Below are positions 23,111 to 36,500 of a stretch of 64,000 nt of DNA, one piece after another. The stretch's first letter is position 1, and the number at the start of each line of letters is the position of its first letter. Source of the stretch: Eukaryota sp. GEM-RC1 (Eukaryota); contig JAUFOQ010000001.1 in the NCBI GenBank assembly GCA_040285855.1, positions 434,001 to 498,000 of the forward strand, written 5' to 3'. The position numbers and the translations under genes were made by a program. Under the pieces are notes generated by a model that had not been told where the DNA came from, ran no database searches, and worked only from the letters and a program-made list of their open reading frames with translations.

Positions 23111-24183
23111 ATACATTTCAAATTTCAGCTATCAATTCAAAATATTGTTATAGAATGATGTAAATTATCATTTTGTCAATTAAATAATAAAACTTTCTTT
23201 CATTATTCTGGTTTGATATCAAAGATATCTTATATAGAGACAAATAAATAGGTACATCACTCAACTTTAATTGCAACCATCAAATCTTGTCAATAAAACA
23301 AATATAAATTTCGCAACCACGTGCTAGAAAACAGACCGTACCTCTGCTTCAAAGAGATGAGCAAATGAATGTAGTTGAGGAAGATTGTGATGAAGCAAAA
23401 ATATTCACAGTCATTAAAACAAAAATCAGACAAGAATTAGAAAGAAACAACTGTTCATCTCCCACCACCAAGAGTAACTCCCAATGCAACCTACGACTAC
23501 TTCCTCCACACAGTTCACAGAGCTAGCGAGGAGTTCATGAACCTGACCAAAGAAGAGACTGTAGTGAGAGAACTCAATGTGAAAGCTAGAATGCATTAGG
23601 TGTTTGAAAAGACTATGAACAGACATAAGAACCCCTACTGAAAACTGCAAATTTAAGCGAAAATTCAATAAGGAAGTATATAATTTCACTCGAAGCTTAT
23701 TAAAAGGCTTTAGTGAAGTCCTATAACGAATCTGAGTTCAATAACATCCTATATTGGTTCTTAAAGAAGTTGTTGGATATGGTTTACACCAACTATTATT
23801 AAGAATGATGACAATACTTACTTTAAATGACGAATAGCAAGACTAAAATCTCCATGATTGACGTTGAGAGAGGACTGAACAATACAAGTAACTGAAGATT
23901 GATCCAGACAAATATAGACCGCTAAAAACGCAAGTGTTTGGGGGGAAACGAAAGTAGAGAGACCGACGCAGACAGTGTATCAGAGTTAGGTTGCGGAAAG
24001 GAGACACTAGAAGAGGAGGAAACATTGAACACTTAACTGCTAGTAGGTGTTACATTATCATCAAATGAACGACTACTCTTCAGTGGAGGTTCAGGATTAG
24101 ACATGTAGTTTTGTTAAAAGGCCACAAGAACATTGGTCTCCCATTTTAGTCTCATTTACTTATCTCCATCTCTGTTGCTTCTG

Positions 24184-25716
24184 ATGTCATTCTCTCTTCC
24201 CCCAGCAGAAACTCTTTCCATCATTCTTGATGAAATCTCCTTGTGTAACCAAACCATATCTTTTGGCGGGGAATCCATCGAGGTAAACAAATCTATCCTC
24301 GCTGCCCATTCCACGTACTTCCGATCCCTCTGGTTCTTGGAGTTTGGGGATAAGCTTGAGAACCCCATTGACTTCTCACATCTTCCCGTCGATTCCGACA
24401 ACTTCTTCGCTTTCATCAAGTCCTTCTTTGGAAAATCATTCACCCTCAAGGAGAGCAACGTTTACGACTTCTTTTACCTCGTCCACTACTTCCAAGTGGA
24501 AAAACTGATTGACCACGTTGAAAACCACCTCAACACTCATCTCGTGACCTGGGCTTGGTTAAAACCATTCATTAAAGAAGCAGATGAAAGAAATGACTTG
24601 AGAGCTCTGGAATTCGCTGGTCCTTTCTTTTCTAAAATTGATGACCTGTTGCATGATGACGTGATGGCAATCACTACTGAAGGGTTTAAAACGCTTGTAA
24701 AATACTGCACGTCGACTCAATCACAATCGTGGTTCATCAAATCATTGGTGGAATCAATTTTGAATCAAAGTTTCGATTTAATTGAGTTTTTAAATATTCT
24801 TAATTCTTGCTCAATTGAAGCCTTTTCTTTTCAACAATGGGACGAGTTTCTGTTTGTTCCTTTAAAGGATGTGGAAGAATTGGAAGCCGATTTGATGAAG
24901 TTTCTGTTTACACGAGTTAAGAATCTTTATTTTGATTCTTTGGTAAAGGAAGTTTCTGATTTGAAGGAAAAAACTTCTGATTTAACAACCAAAGTATCTG
25001 AATTAACAACTAAACTTACTGATGTAGAAAATAACAATTCTGAGTTAAACTCACTTACTACCGATTTAACAACGGAAGTTCAAGTCTTGAAGACAGAAAA
25101 TTCTGGTTTATCCATGCAAATTCAGAATTTATCTGCTACTAATTCTAACTCTCTTAATGAAATTACCAAATTGCAACATGAAATTCAACAACTCAAACAG
25201 ACAGCTACAGAAACTCAACTGGTGTCTCAATCAGTTCTTCAATCAAAAGTGATTAGATTCTCACAAACTAGGAAACATTCTGATCTACAACTTAGTGGGG
25301 ATAGAAAGAGAGTTGTTTTTGGAAGTGCTGGTTTTTGGGGTAGAACAATCTTGGGAGAAGATCCACTTCTTCCAAGTAATGTGTATACTTGGAAGTTGAG
25401 GTACCAGGGGTCTACTGATGCTCTTTATGTTGGAGTCATTGACGAGTCAAAGTTTGGTGTTGGTGTCAATGATGCTCACTGTTTTGAAAATAGTGGTGAT
25501 CGTATTAAAGGTTGTCTTTCAGGAAAGAAGGCTAAGTGGAACCGTGGTGAATTACTCGAAATCAATGTAAATCTAGTTAATTTCACTTTAACAATCAAAT
25601 CCGTGAGTAATTCTTCAATTAATCTTACTGGAACTCTTCCCAGATTAAGTAGTGGTAATTATTATCCATTTGCTTTATTATGTCATAGGGATCATGTTCT
25701 TGAAATCGTTGAATAA
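24184..25716 (+). CDS. BTB-coiled-coil-SPRY protein copy 2 (type B), intact
   Basis: Uninterrupted frame from MSFSLPP to VLEIVE-TAA. Confidence 0.93.
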   Translation: MSFSLPPAETLSIILDEISLCNQTISFGGESIEVNKSILAAHSTYFRSLWFLEFGDKLENPIDFSHLPVDSDNFFAFIKSFFGKSFTLKESNVYDFFYLVHYFQVEKLIDHVENHLNTHLVTWAWLKPFIKEADERNDLRALEFAGPFFSKIDDLLHDDVMAITTEGFKTLVKYCTSTQSQSWFIKSLVESILNQSFDLIEFLNILNSCSIEAFSFQQWDEFLFVPLKDVEELEADLMKFLFTRVKNLYFDSLVKEVSDLKEKTSDLTTKVSELTTKLTDVENNNSELNSLTTDLTTEVQVLKTENSGLSMQIQNLSATNSNSLNEITKLQHEIQQLKQTATETQLVSQSVLQSKVIRFSQTRKHSDLQLSGDRKRVVFGSAGFWGRTILGEDPLLPSNVYTWKLRYQGSTDALYVGVIDESKFGVGVNDAHCFENSGDRIKGCLSGKKAKWNRGELLEINVNLVNFTLTIKSVSNSSINLTGTLPRLSSGNYYPFALLCHRDHVLEIVE

Positions 25717-27419
25717 AGTTGATAACATTGTCAGTGTGTGTATTCTCATTCAAAGTAGTGATTCGATTTACTTTTTGAATTCTGAAGCTACATCAATTCG
25801 AGCAGAAGCCATTAATTACTGACCAGGGACGCCTATTCGATAAAAGGATCAATTTGCTTTTAAAATAGAGCACACTTGACAAAGAAATAGAAGTCGGTCA
25901 GTCTACTCTCTTGTAAAGTTGTAGTTAGTTTAAAAAATTATTGATATAAGTATACAAGTTGTTCGTAAATGAATTAAGACATCTCTCACTGTTTAAAATT
26001 TGACGAAATGGATTTGAGTATTGTAGTCAATAGAAGAAATTACCAATAACACAAAAGGAGTCGGAGTTAAATCATTTTTTAATGAATAACTAGTAAACAC
26101 TAACAACTAAGACGATTATTAGATTTTGACATAACTTGGGACGAGTTTTGCAGTAAATTATTGTATTTCTTCAATGTTGTGTAACACTAATCATAGTAAT
26201 TAATCTGTATTGGTAATTTGTATCACAAAAGAATTGGATAAACGCAAGCAAATTCTCATTCTATGATCATTTAGAAGGAAACAGATTGAAAACTAGTGTT
26301 ACTTTGGTTGAAAATATTACGGTATCGTTAACACAAACTATTGTACATGTGTTACATGCAGTCAACGATGAAACAAACCACCAATTTGTCCACTCTGCTG
26401 AAATTGTGATTCTTCACACAAGTCTCGATTTACACATGATAGTTGAAACTGCTGACACATCATAAATTCCACAATGCAAGTAGATCCTACCATCCATTTT
26501 GTTGTTTTCTGTTAGTAAAATTAATTTTCTTGGAAAACAATTAATGTCAAGAATCTTGTAAGTACTAGTATTGTATCATACTTACAAGATTCTTGACATT
26601 TAACTAGTCATCTGAAAAAAATGTAGAAGAATAATGTAGCAAATATATACAAGATCATATCACAAACTGTTTCAGGATAAAACAATTACAATATTAACAT
26701 ATAGTACGATACACTGTGAAAGAATTCAGTAAATTACATCGTTCTTTAGTTATATCGATTACATTTATTTGTTGCGACATCTAAATTTTTGTGTGACGAT
26801 GTTACCATTTTGGCGTCCGTATGAAGTCTTCAGCAGATCATAACATTTTTCTTGACCACTACACTCTTGATTTCCAAAACGCTGACTGTTGTATCAGCCT
26901 CATCATCATGATTAATTTTCAAACTATTTATACGCTGAATGCAACACATACGTAATCTGCTTGACGTCTTCCTGGCCAGAAAAGTCTCTGCAGACTACCT
27001 TCAATACATACAATCCTCCATTGATACGTCATCTACAGATATTCAGTGTCTTGTTTATGTTAGATTTGTTTATGTGGTTCATTTTTGTTTTACATAAATT
27101 CTACTCTATTCTTCAATTATTGTTACTCTACTCATCTTCCTTCTGATCTTCTTAGTTCACAAGCCAGCACCGGAAGCACATTAATGCAGTTACCGTGGTG
27201 TCATCTAACCGGGAACGCTTCTTAGTTATTACGTTACCAGTTTGTGAAAGCAATCGTTCACTACTAACGGAGGTCGCTTGAACGGCTAACATATCCCTTG
27301 CTAACAACATCGCGCGCTAGGACGTGGCTCTGATATCTCGTTTATTTTCCTCAGTGGTAATAGCAAAATGAAGTACCCTTCTTCAAAGCAGTTCGTAGCT
27401 GGATGAAGTCAAATATTTC

Positions 27420-27615
27420 TTTATCCACGTGGATAGCCATCCAATTCAAGCTTAACAAGGTAGAAAAAGTGTTTATTTTGTGACAAAGTTTCCACTCATG
27501 CTGAAGAAGTAGGACAACAGCATGCTTTAGTTAATAGCGAGATCCAGTATATACCAAAAAATGCTACTCGTCTTTGTCAACCTGCTGACAGCTTTGTCAT
27601 CCAAAAGATCAAACC
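27420..27615 (+). mobile_element. pogo/Tigger-type DDE transposase remnant (copy ~48822-49017)
   Basis: IQYIPKNATRLCQPADSFVIQKIK matches the xPxNxTxxxQPxD motif. Confidence 0.75.
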
Positions 27616-30600
27616 GGGCTTCATCCGAAGTATATTACCAGGAGAAGCCTTGTTTATGGCACTTGCTGTTCTGACTGATTATCCTGAGCTGAAAGAGAAC
27701 AATGGTGTTTTCCATCAAAGTGCTTTGTCGTACCGGTACGATTTCTCCCACAAAGCGACTTCCAAATGACTTCAATCGGTAATGCAGCGGTTTAAGACTG
27801 TTATTACCCGTCTTACTCCATTCAAAGAGAACTTTGACTCAACTAAAGACTACATCCCGCCGATGGAAACCAGTCCATCAGCAACGGCTAACCAACTAGC
27901 TGTTTGACTTTCGTCAAAGTTCAACACGAAATTCTTGCTGAGATTCTGGATGATGATAGCTTCTGCAGGTACATATAAGCTAAATGTTATTGTCTTCTAA
28001 ATGAGAAAATTCACAACAAAATCTTACACATCGGACCAGTAACTGCGACCGTTGAAAGGAATCAATCTTTCTCATGTCAAGGAGTGCCATTTTGTTGAAA
28101 AAATAACATTCCATCTTTGACATATTGGATTCTTATTTAGCTCAACTTACGACAATTAAGAGCCATTATTAGATTCTTCCCTTGACGAAATTAAACTAAC
28201 TATGACAAAAGACCAAGTATTTAAAAGAGTCGTCAATAATGGTCTTCCATCCAAGTAACTCACACTTGAAGCTTCAAAAGAGTGCAACTTTGTCTTCTGA
28301 ACACTCTAACATCTTGTCAGTTGTTCGTTTTGATTATCCACAACAGACTCTGATATCAAAAGTCTTCTGATTGATAACTGAAAGTCATAACATGACCATT
28401 ATTATTGAGTGACTGGAAGTTTCTCAACATTCCAGGTCCAGATTCAAACATAACTGAAAAGATCTTTGGTTCTCTTGAGTCAATACACTTCCACTACTCA
28501 AGCTATGGGTGACCAGAAGAATCTTATACTTAGTCAATCTAATGATCCATCCACAGAAATGAATCGGTACCTCAAGCTTGTTATCAACATTTTAAATTGT
28601 TCCACTGCTATTTCACTAGGTAATGGTAGAACTATGTTTTCTATTAGTATAGCTGCTGACTTAGTTTTATGTACGTTCAATAATCAGCAAGGAATCTCCA
28701 AGTCTGGTGGGAACAAATTCTAAAAAACAATGAACAATTGCTTTTAGAATTTTTGAGTGAAGTAATTTCATCAGAGCATTGAAAGTAGCAAAACTTCGCT
28801 ACTTATTCTTACCTCCTTATTGTCCGGAATCAAATCCGATTGATGCCGTTTGTGGTTTACTTCCGTGCAAAATCAGAGATTTTTCACATTTGACTGACTT
28901 TCGATTAACTGACTTGCTACATGTGGTTTTGCGAAACCATTTGAATTTGAGCTCTCAAATATATGTTGAGGACACTGGATGGACTAACACAAGACTCAGA
29001 CTTTCTTGCTTGGGGAAGAGAGCTGGTCGAACTGTAATCTTTTATGATTCATTCTGCTAGTATTTCCATGAACACTATATACATTTGGTTGTGTCTATGG
29101 ATTCTATGATAAACCTGCCAGAGAGATTTACTAATTAACTCAACAGTTCTGGGTGCAATGCCTCATATGAAGTGTTTTTGGAGCATCTCCAATTGAGTAT
29201 ATGAGGAATTCGTGGCAGACACTGATAAACTGAAGTTGGGTGTTTCAATAGGTAATCTCCGTGAACGAGTTTCCGTTACCTTAGACAGTTCCTACAAGTA
29301 CGTAGTAGAGCTTGCGGTATTGGATTATCAGACTCCTTTGTTTGATGAATGGACAATCGTGTAATTTCAATCCGTAGTTACGTCGATAGCCAAGTTAAAG
29401 ATACACAATTGGTCCAAGAATAATGTTTGGAAATGGTAAAGTAATGTCATTTGACTTTTTACTGTCAATTTCTCAACAATCAAAAATGATGAAAGTTTCT
29501 CTCATCATAAAGACTTTATGGAGAAAAAAAGTCTTCAGTTAATCAATTCAATAATAGTCAATGGCATAAATAACTGAAACAGTGAAAGTCAGTACATTAG
29601 TAAACAATATGTAAATTCAATTTGATAAAAGATACATCACGATAATTGATTGAATAGTAAACAAAGAGCAGTTACTTATAACATAATGATGACGTCAACG
29701 AAACAATTCTCTGCATTTATTATAAAATAGGAATGACGTGATCAAGTTTCTCCCATCACGTGTACAGAGCTCATGAGTTACAGAATGCGGTAAGATAGAA
29801 TACATGTGTAAACGATGATAGATGTACAAACAAGGAAGGGCAAATTTGAAACGATCACAAAGACGAGTTAGATGAGTTAGGCTGAGAGAGATCAAGGTCA
29901 AGAAGAGTTTCAAGTGTTGTTGACAAGAAAAATGAAGATAAGTCGGAGTAAGTGGAAGAAGAAGCGATGCTGAGAAAGATATGGTTGCTGTAACACAGGT
30001 GAAAGTAAATCGCGCTGGAGAACAAGTGGTAATGAAAGTACGAGTAGGAACAAGAAGACGAAGGACCGAGGATCGAAGAGGATTGGAAGAAGCATTCGCG
30101 TATTTGAAGACGAGAAGTACGGATGGGGAAGGATCAAAACCAAATGTGGAAAGAACAACATTAACGGAATGGATCGAACAAGAAAGGACGATAAAGAAGG
30201 GGAATGAGATAGAAGAAGAAGAGAGATAGACATGAATAGGCGACGGATTAGGTTGAGAGTGATAAAGATGACTCTCACATCATTGTTGATGAGAAAGACG
30301 AAGAAGTGGTAGCATAAGTGATATTCAGAGGACATGGCTGTTGTAGCACAACTGAAAGCAAACCTAATCGATCCTGGGTGGAGAACAAGTAGTAACAAGA
30401 AGACAAGGGTTCGAGGATTGCGGAAGATTGTAAGACGACACTGCATATTCGTAGACGAGAAGTACGGAGGGGGAATGATCGAACCAACACGCGGACCAAA
30501 CAATGGTAACGGAGTGATATGAACAAGGGCGATGAAGGAGATGAGATATAGATCCAAGAACAACAGAGACTCAGGGAATAAACATGATTGGACGATCAGA

Positions 30601-32159
30601 GAGTAGGAAATGTTGATGTTAGGACATTTATGGAGATATAACTTCTTTTGATATTAAGCACATTTAAATATCATAACCTATTACAGAAAATTCAAAAATT
30701 GTTGTGAATATTTTTTAAATATTTTGAAACATTTTAAGTTTTTGAAGAAAAGTAAATTTGTTATTTGAAAAATGTAATGAGTTCGAACCTAGAAGACATA
30801 CTTGTTTATACAAAATGATTTATTATATCAACAGTAATTCAACTAAAAGAAGGTACGGTCTACAGCTTCGATACGGTGACACTGTTCTTTTCATCTACCC
30901 GACTTTGTCATCACTCCACCAACTTCTGCATAATCATGTTCGTCTCTTTCTGCACATACACACCACCCACATCCTTTACGTGCACTATGTTTCTATCAGC
31001 ATTAACACAGATTCTAATCATTTGACTGTGGTGACACTTCTATATCATATTTTCCGCTATATCTCACACAGTTTACGTTCGAACGAAAACAAAGATCTTT
31101 TAAAATAAAGAACAAAACAAGATGTAAACAATGTTTACCAAACATGAGACCATCTAATTGGGATTCACATGAAAGTTCTAGTATGAGGTGAATATCTTGT
31201 AAAAGCGGTTAAGATAGATGGCCTGGAAGAGACAAAAAGGGCACGACATGGATATACTGTTGTGTTGAGAAAATGTTGATGTAACAAAACTACATTGTAG
31301 ATATCATAAGTACTCTCAAAGAAGCAGTCTTGTTTGATGACGTATTAATGAGTCAGAATAGGATTCTTGATGACTCCCCAAAAGTCACGAACCTCCAACT
31401 TAGGTGTAATAGCAATAAATCAATTTGGTTTATCTACTCAAAAGATATCAGAAATATTCAGATCAGGGAGATTACGATACCTTGATAAAAGAAAATGATA
31501 ATGGAGCTGGGTTGACTTCCCTAAAGACCATCAGAGTGGCTGAAAGTGAGCTAGAATTTGTTGTACAAGAGGAAGAAAGTTTGGGATCAATTGTTCAACG
31601 GCTTTGCATAGACCTTCTTACTGTTCTAGATGTTCTACGGATACCGTTGTGAGTACAATTGGAACAATTGGAACAACACGATGAAATACAGCACCTTCTT
31701 ATTTGGACCAACATTACTCAAGTACAACTGTAATAAGCTACACCAATACGACACATAGGCAACAGTTCATCATCAACTAAACTAGAAACATACTCATGCG
31801 ACGATGAAAAGGGATATCAATTGACACGCAGAATTCATTTCGGAAAATTGATGTATGGCCTTCAACTAGAAAGAACAATATATGAACCCAGTTTCTTTTG
31901 TGATTTTTACTGTATTTGTAGTTCTCTTCGGCGGAAGAAGGAATTTCTTCCACTCAGAACTTCACAGAGATTACAACTTCTGTATGTCATGATTAAATTG
32001 CAACACACACTATAATTGTTTCTTATTTTCCTAAGGCTATGTTAAGCCTGTAAAATTTAGGTTATTTCATTTATTGTAACAACTTCCCTAAATTTGAAAC
32101 GTTTGATTTTACTACCAATGGTAACTTTCCGTTCACCCAGGATTTATGAAGAACAACTG

Positions 32160-33529
32160 ATGGCCATTACCACGGACAATGAACTTGCTATTTGTAATGC
32201 TGCAAATTCCGTTTGCTACAACCGTCGTTGTGCTGCTCATGTCCTGAATATTTGGGCTAATGATTTTATTGAAGCAACATCACAATACACTCAAAAAGTA
32301 CTGAAGTTTGTGGTTGAGCTTCATCGCTCCCACAGTGTGTATCAAAGATTGAAGGCTGTGTTAAACTTAGCAGGGCATAGGGTAAACACTATTCCTATGT
32401 ACGTTTGCACAAAATGGAATTCCTTTTGCGAAACAATATCAACCTTTGTAAAACTGAATAATTGTATTGACGAATTCTTGCGAACAGAACCAGAATTATT
32501 AAAGTATCTTTTATTGGACACTGAACGAATTCATTTGAATACTATTGTTGAATTTTTGGGTTTGTTAAAGGACGCTACAGACGATGTAGAAAGCGAGTCA
32601 TCAACTCTTGCTACTTCAACTGTTGCCTTAAATGAAGTCATTCAGGCAGCTGGAAAACTGTTGACCGAAAATCAGCCACATGCAATGCAGGATGGAGCCT
32701 TAAGGATTTTGAATAAGTGGAGAGATGGAGCCGGATTTAGAACATCATACCAGAAGCTACTGTATGACGAAAATGCATTGATAGGAGCAGTACTCGACCC
32801 CAGAGTAAAAAACGATCCAAGTCTGCTGCCAGTAGATTTGCTAGAAGTTGACCCAGGGTTTAGGAAACTTAACCAACTTTTAAATTCAAACCCGACTGTT
32901 TTAAGACAAGTTGAAGGAAACGTTCAACTCGGTACCAACGGCAAGGAGACGAATGCAGGAAAGAAGCGGAGAAAATCCAAGAATGGATTGTTCAGCAAGG
33001 TGGCCGGGAAGAAGACCGATCGAGATGTAGAGTTTAATGTACAAGATGAACTAAGAGACTACTTTAGTGAAGGAAAAGTCAATCATGACTTGGATCCAGT
33101 TGAATGGTGGAGAAATAATCAAGAAAAGTATCCAAAACTCTCTTGTATTGCTAAGAATTATCTTTCCATTCAAACAAGTTCTGCTCCAAGTGAGAGGTTG
33201 TTTTCAGCTGCTAATCACATTATTAGCAAGAAGCGTGCTCGTTTAAGTGATGATACTGCAAGGTATTTGCTTTGTTTACGGTCATGGTATTCCAAAAATT
33301 TGATTGAAGTTAATAGTAGTATTGATTTTGAGTAGTAGTTCTACAACTAGTAGTCTAGGTACTAAATAAAACCGTTTTTAATTCTGGACAATCAAAAGAT
33401 TCATGAGTCGAGTCGAGTCAGTCGAATTTTGGATGAGTCAGCCTGACTCGACTCGCTGGACTCATGAGTCGAGTTGAGTCAAGAATTTTAGACTCGAGTT
33501 GACTCGACTCGACTCAAATTACAACCCTA
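32160..33529 (+). mobile_element. 5'-truncated copy of the hAT element (chimeric ORF 32094-33335)
   Basis: Near-identical to 10714-12083. Right TIR and GGAACGAG are retained; the left end and BED domain are deleted. Confidence 0.95.
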
Positions 33530-36500
33530 GGAACGAGCAATTGTAACTCGTTTAACGTCTTTCAGCAATTGGAAACAATGAATTAAGAAAACCTTTTTAT
33601 TTGGATCAACATAACTTAAGGTACAACTACATGTATATAAAGCCACACCAATACGACACGTATGAAACAATACAACATCCACTAAACTACAAACATGTAC
33701 ATACGAAGGTACACAGAATTCATGTTGAATAATTCTTGTTTTTGCATTCAACTTGGAAGAACAGAATGTGTTCATTGTCTTTTCTTTTGTTAGTACTACT
33801 CTTTAGTAGTGATCGAAAAATACCTATTACAGTTTAGCCTCCCATTAGTGCAAGCCTTTGAAACAAGCAAAAAAAAGTCTGCTGATCCACTCAAAGACCT
33901 GAAAAACATTGTTCATGTTGAATATTTACTCATCCCATTTGTGATTTTTATGTATGGTCGTTTGGGTAAATTAGCCTTGCAGTTCTTAGATGATTTTGCA
34001 GTGATTTTGCAGATAATCTTGCAGTGATTTGCTGCTGAACGGTTCATGTGATTCTTCGAACTCTTCTTTTCAGGCGTTAGGTGTTCAGCAATCAAGTTCA
34101 TGGATTTCTGACCATGTTTTCAAGATGTGGTCAGAAACATCTAGGAAAAGGTGTCTCTAATTTGACAGTCTGGATATATTTCATTTTCGTTGAATTGTTA
34201 TAGCACTTTACGCATTGGAAGAAGTCTTGGAGCCATGACATGTAGTCGACGTCTTGACTACAGAATTCCTACTTGGTCTCGATACAAAAGGGCCGTCTAC
34301 TTTCGTCGGCTCATAACCTAGTGTAGGTTTCCAAGCATTGTCAGGAGGAGTGATTTCAGGAACGATGGTAATCGTATCCTCAGTTTCAACGGGTTTGCAG
34401 AGGACGGAGGCTTCAAGGCTGAAGGTGACTGATTGGTTTTAAAAGATCTTGAGAGGAGAGCGGCACAAGCGATGGTTATTGTTACCTTCAACGTGTACGA
34501 TTTCTAGGTCAAAGTTTGCAAGGGGGGATCCATCGGGTGACGCGACAGAATTCAATAGAAACCCTTTCTTTCAAAGAAAGGGGGAAAAGGATGTCAATTG
34601 ACACGCAGAATTCATTTTGGAAAATTCATGTTTGGCCTTCAACTAGAAAGAAAAATATACGAACCCAGTTTCTATTGTGATTAGTGCTGTATTTTGTAGT
34701 TCTATTCAGTGGAAGAAGGAATTTCTTCCACTCAGAACTTCACCAAGAATAAAAACTCTTGATCGAAATCGGAATCTTCAATTTTCAATAGACTTGATAT
34801 ACATGATTATTTGTAACGAAACAATAGTAATTATGATCATTCTACTAAGAGAATATATTGATTTTTATGTAGTTAAGATGATTTCTTTTCAAATAATTTT
34901 CAAAATTAATTCAATCAATTTTGATTGACGTCATGAACATCACTGAAATCAGTGTATTTTTCTGTATAATGTAGGATATTTCATTTATTGTAACAACTTC
35001 CCAAAATTTGAAACGTATGGTTTTACGACTACTGAAAAACTTTCGTTCAGAATCCGTACGTTGCAAATTTAGAGACGACTTCACAATTTGAAATTTTGAC
35101 AGCATTTATATAAAAATTAATAATGAACAATGTAATTTTTAGAATATTTAAAAAATTTTAAATTTTTCAAAAAAAAAGAAAAAGTTGTCTTTAAAAGTTA
35201 ACTCAATATTTAACATTAGGTTTATCGATCGAACATAATTCATAAACCTAAGGTTAATGTATTTATTTATATTATATAATGATCATTATTAAAAGAACCC
35301 AAATTTAACTAAAATTTATTTTGGTAAAAAGGAATATTTTCACCAAACGAAATATATAATTCTTCTCCTTGTTTAATATTTCTGGTTGAAATGTACTGAA
35401 TCACACGACCTTTTCATTCAGATTAATTTCTTCGGCTTTTGAATTTAATTCTGATTTAACATTGGTGTTGACATATCTGCCAACACCAAAATCCAAATTG
35501 TTATCTGATGCGTCAATAATTAAACCATTTTTTAATTGCCACGCATTATCCACATAAATTGGATGAGTACGTGTAGTAATTGTGTCCTATATTTCCCAAC
35601 AAAATATAGGACTATTTTATTTTAGGAATTTTCTTTTCGGCAAAGACACCTAAACCAGCATTGGCTCGAAGAGAAGATGTTAAGGAAAGAGGATGTTTGA
35701 ACTTCGTCGTTTGTTAAGACATTGATATCAATACATTTCACTACATCTTTTGTAAGAATACTCTTAGGATTAATAAACATAAATTATTTTCTTTTTTTAA
35801 GGTCACTCGTAGGGTTACTATACATTTCATTACATCTTTTTTTAGGTTACTCTTAGGGTTAACAAAATACATCATAATATTTTTTTAAGGTCAAACTATA
35901 GGTTATCAATATCCAAAACAAAATACAGTCATATCAAGATTAATTTGTTTATATACATAGGGTTTAGATTCTTTTGACAGATAGATTATAATCTGATCTG
36001 ATGTTCCTTGAAATTTTTCAATGTGAGGTTGTTGAGCAGGAGAGTATTTTTGGTTCTTAGGAAGACATAAATCAAATAACATAGACTGTTGTTCTGTTGT
36101 TTCACTTAATGACGATGAAACATCTACATACAAATGAATGTGAGGTCGGGGATGTTGAACATGAGATTCTTTGACTAACACACTTTCATCAAGATCAGAA
36201 CCAAATAGATTGATCTTTCATTGAGAGATGACGAACATTGATCCAGTTTCAAGGATAGGGGCAACACCACCTCATGAGATTGTCAACAGCATGGTTGATG
36301 TTGTATGTAACTATTCATATGTTGTGAAAAATGACAAATGACATTTGACATTTGACATGATTTCTCAAAAAATTGAGGAAGACGCATCTACATTGAGAAC
36401 ATTCAAACTTGTACTGAACCGTTCAAAATATTCTGCTTTATTGAAGATAAACAAAAGCTTATCTTTTGTTCCAATACTAATGAAGAACCATCAGTTGTTC

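Larger units (their letters stand above)
2757..30638. repeat. Tandem segmental duplication unit 1 (~27.9 kb); 1-2756 is the tail of a preceding unit
   Basis: Position 1 (gcaacggctaacc) recurs at 27881 and 49284, and the ORF track repeats almost identically. Units join at ...ATGGAGATA|TAACTTCTTTTG. Confidence 0.95.

Noticed and set aside
24156..24458. Antisense ORFs over BTB genes and other short ORFs (also 45561, 58161, 10467)
   Set aside because: Shadow frames of real coding sequence with no independent motifs.
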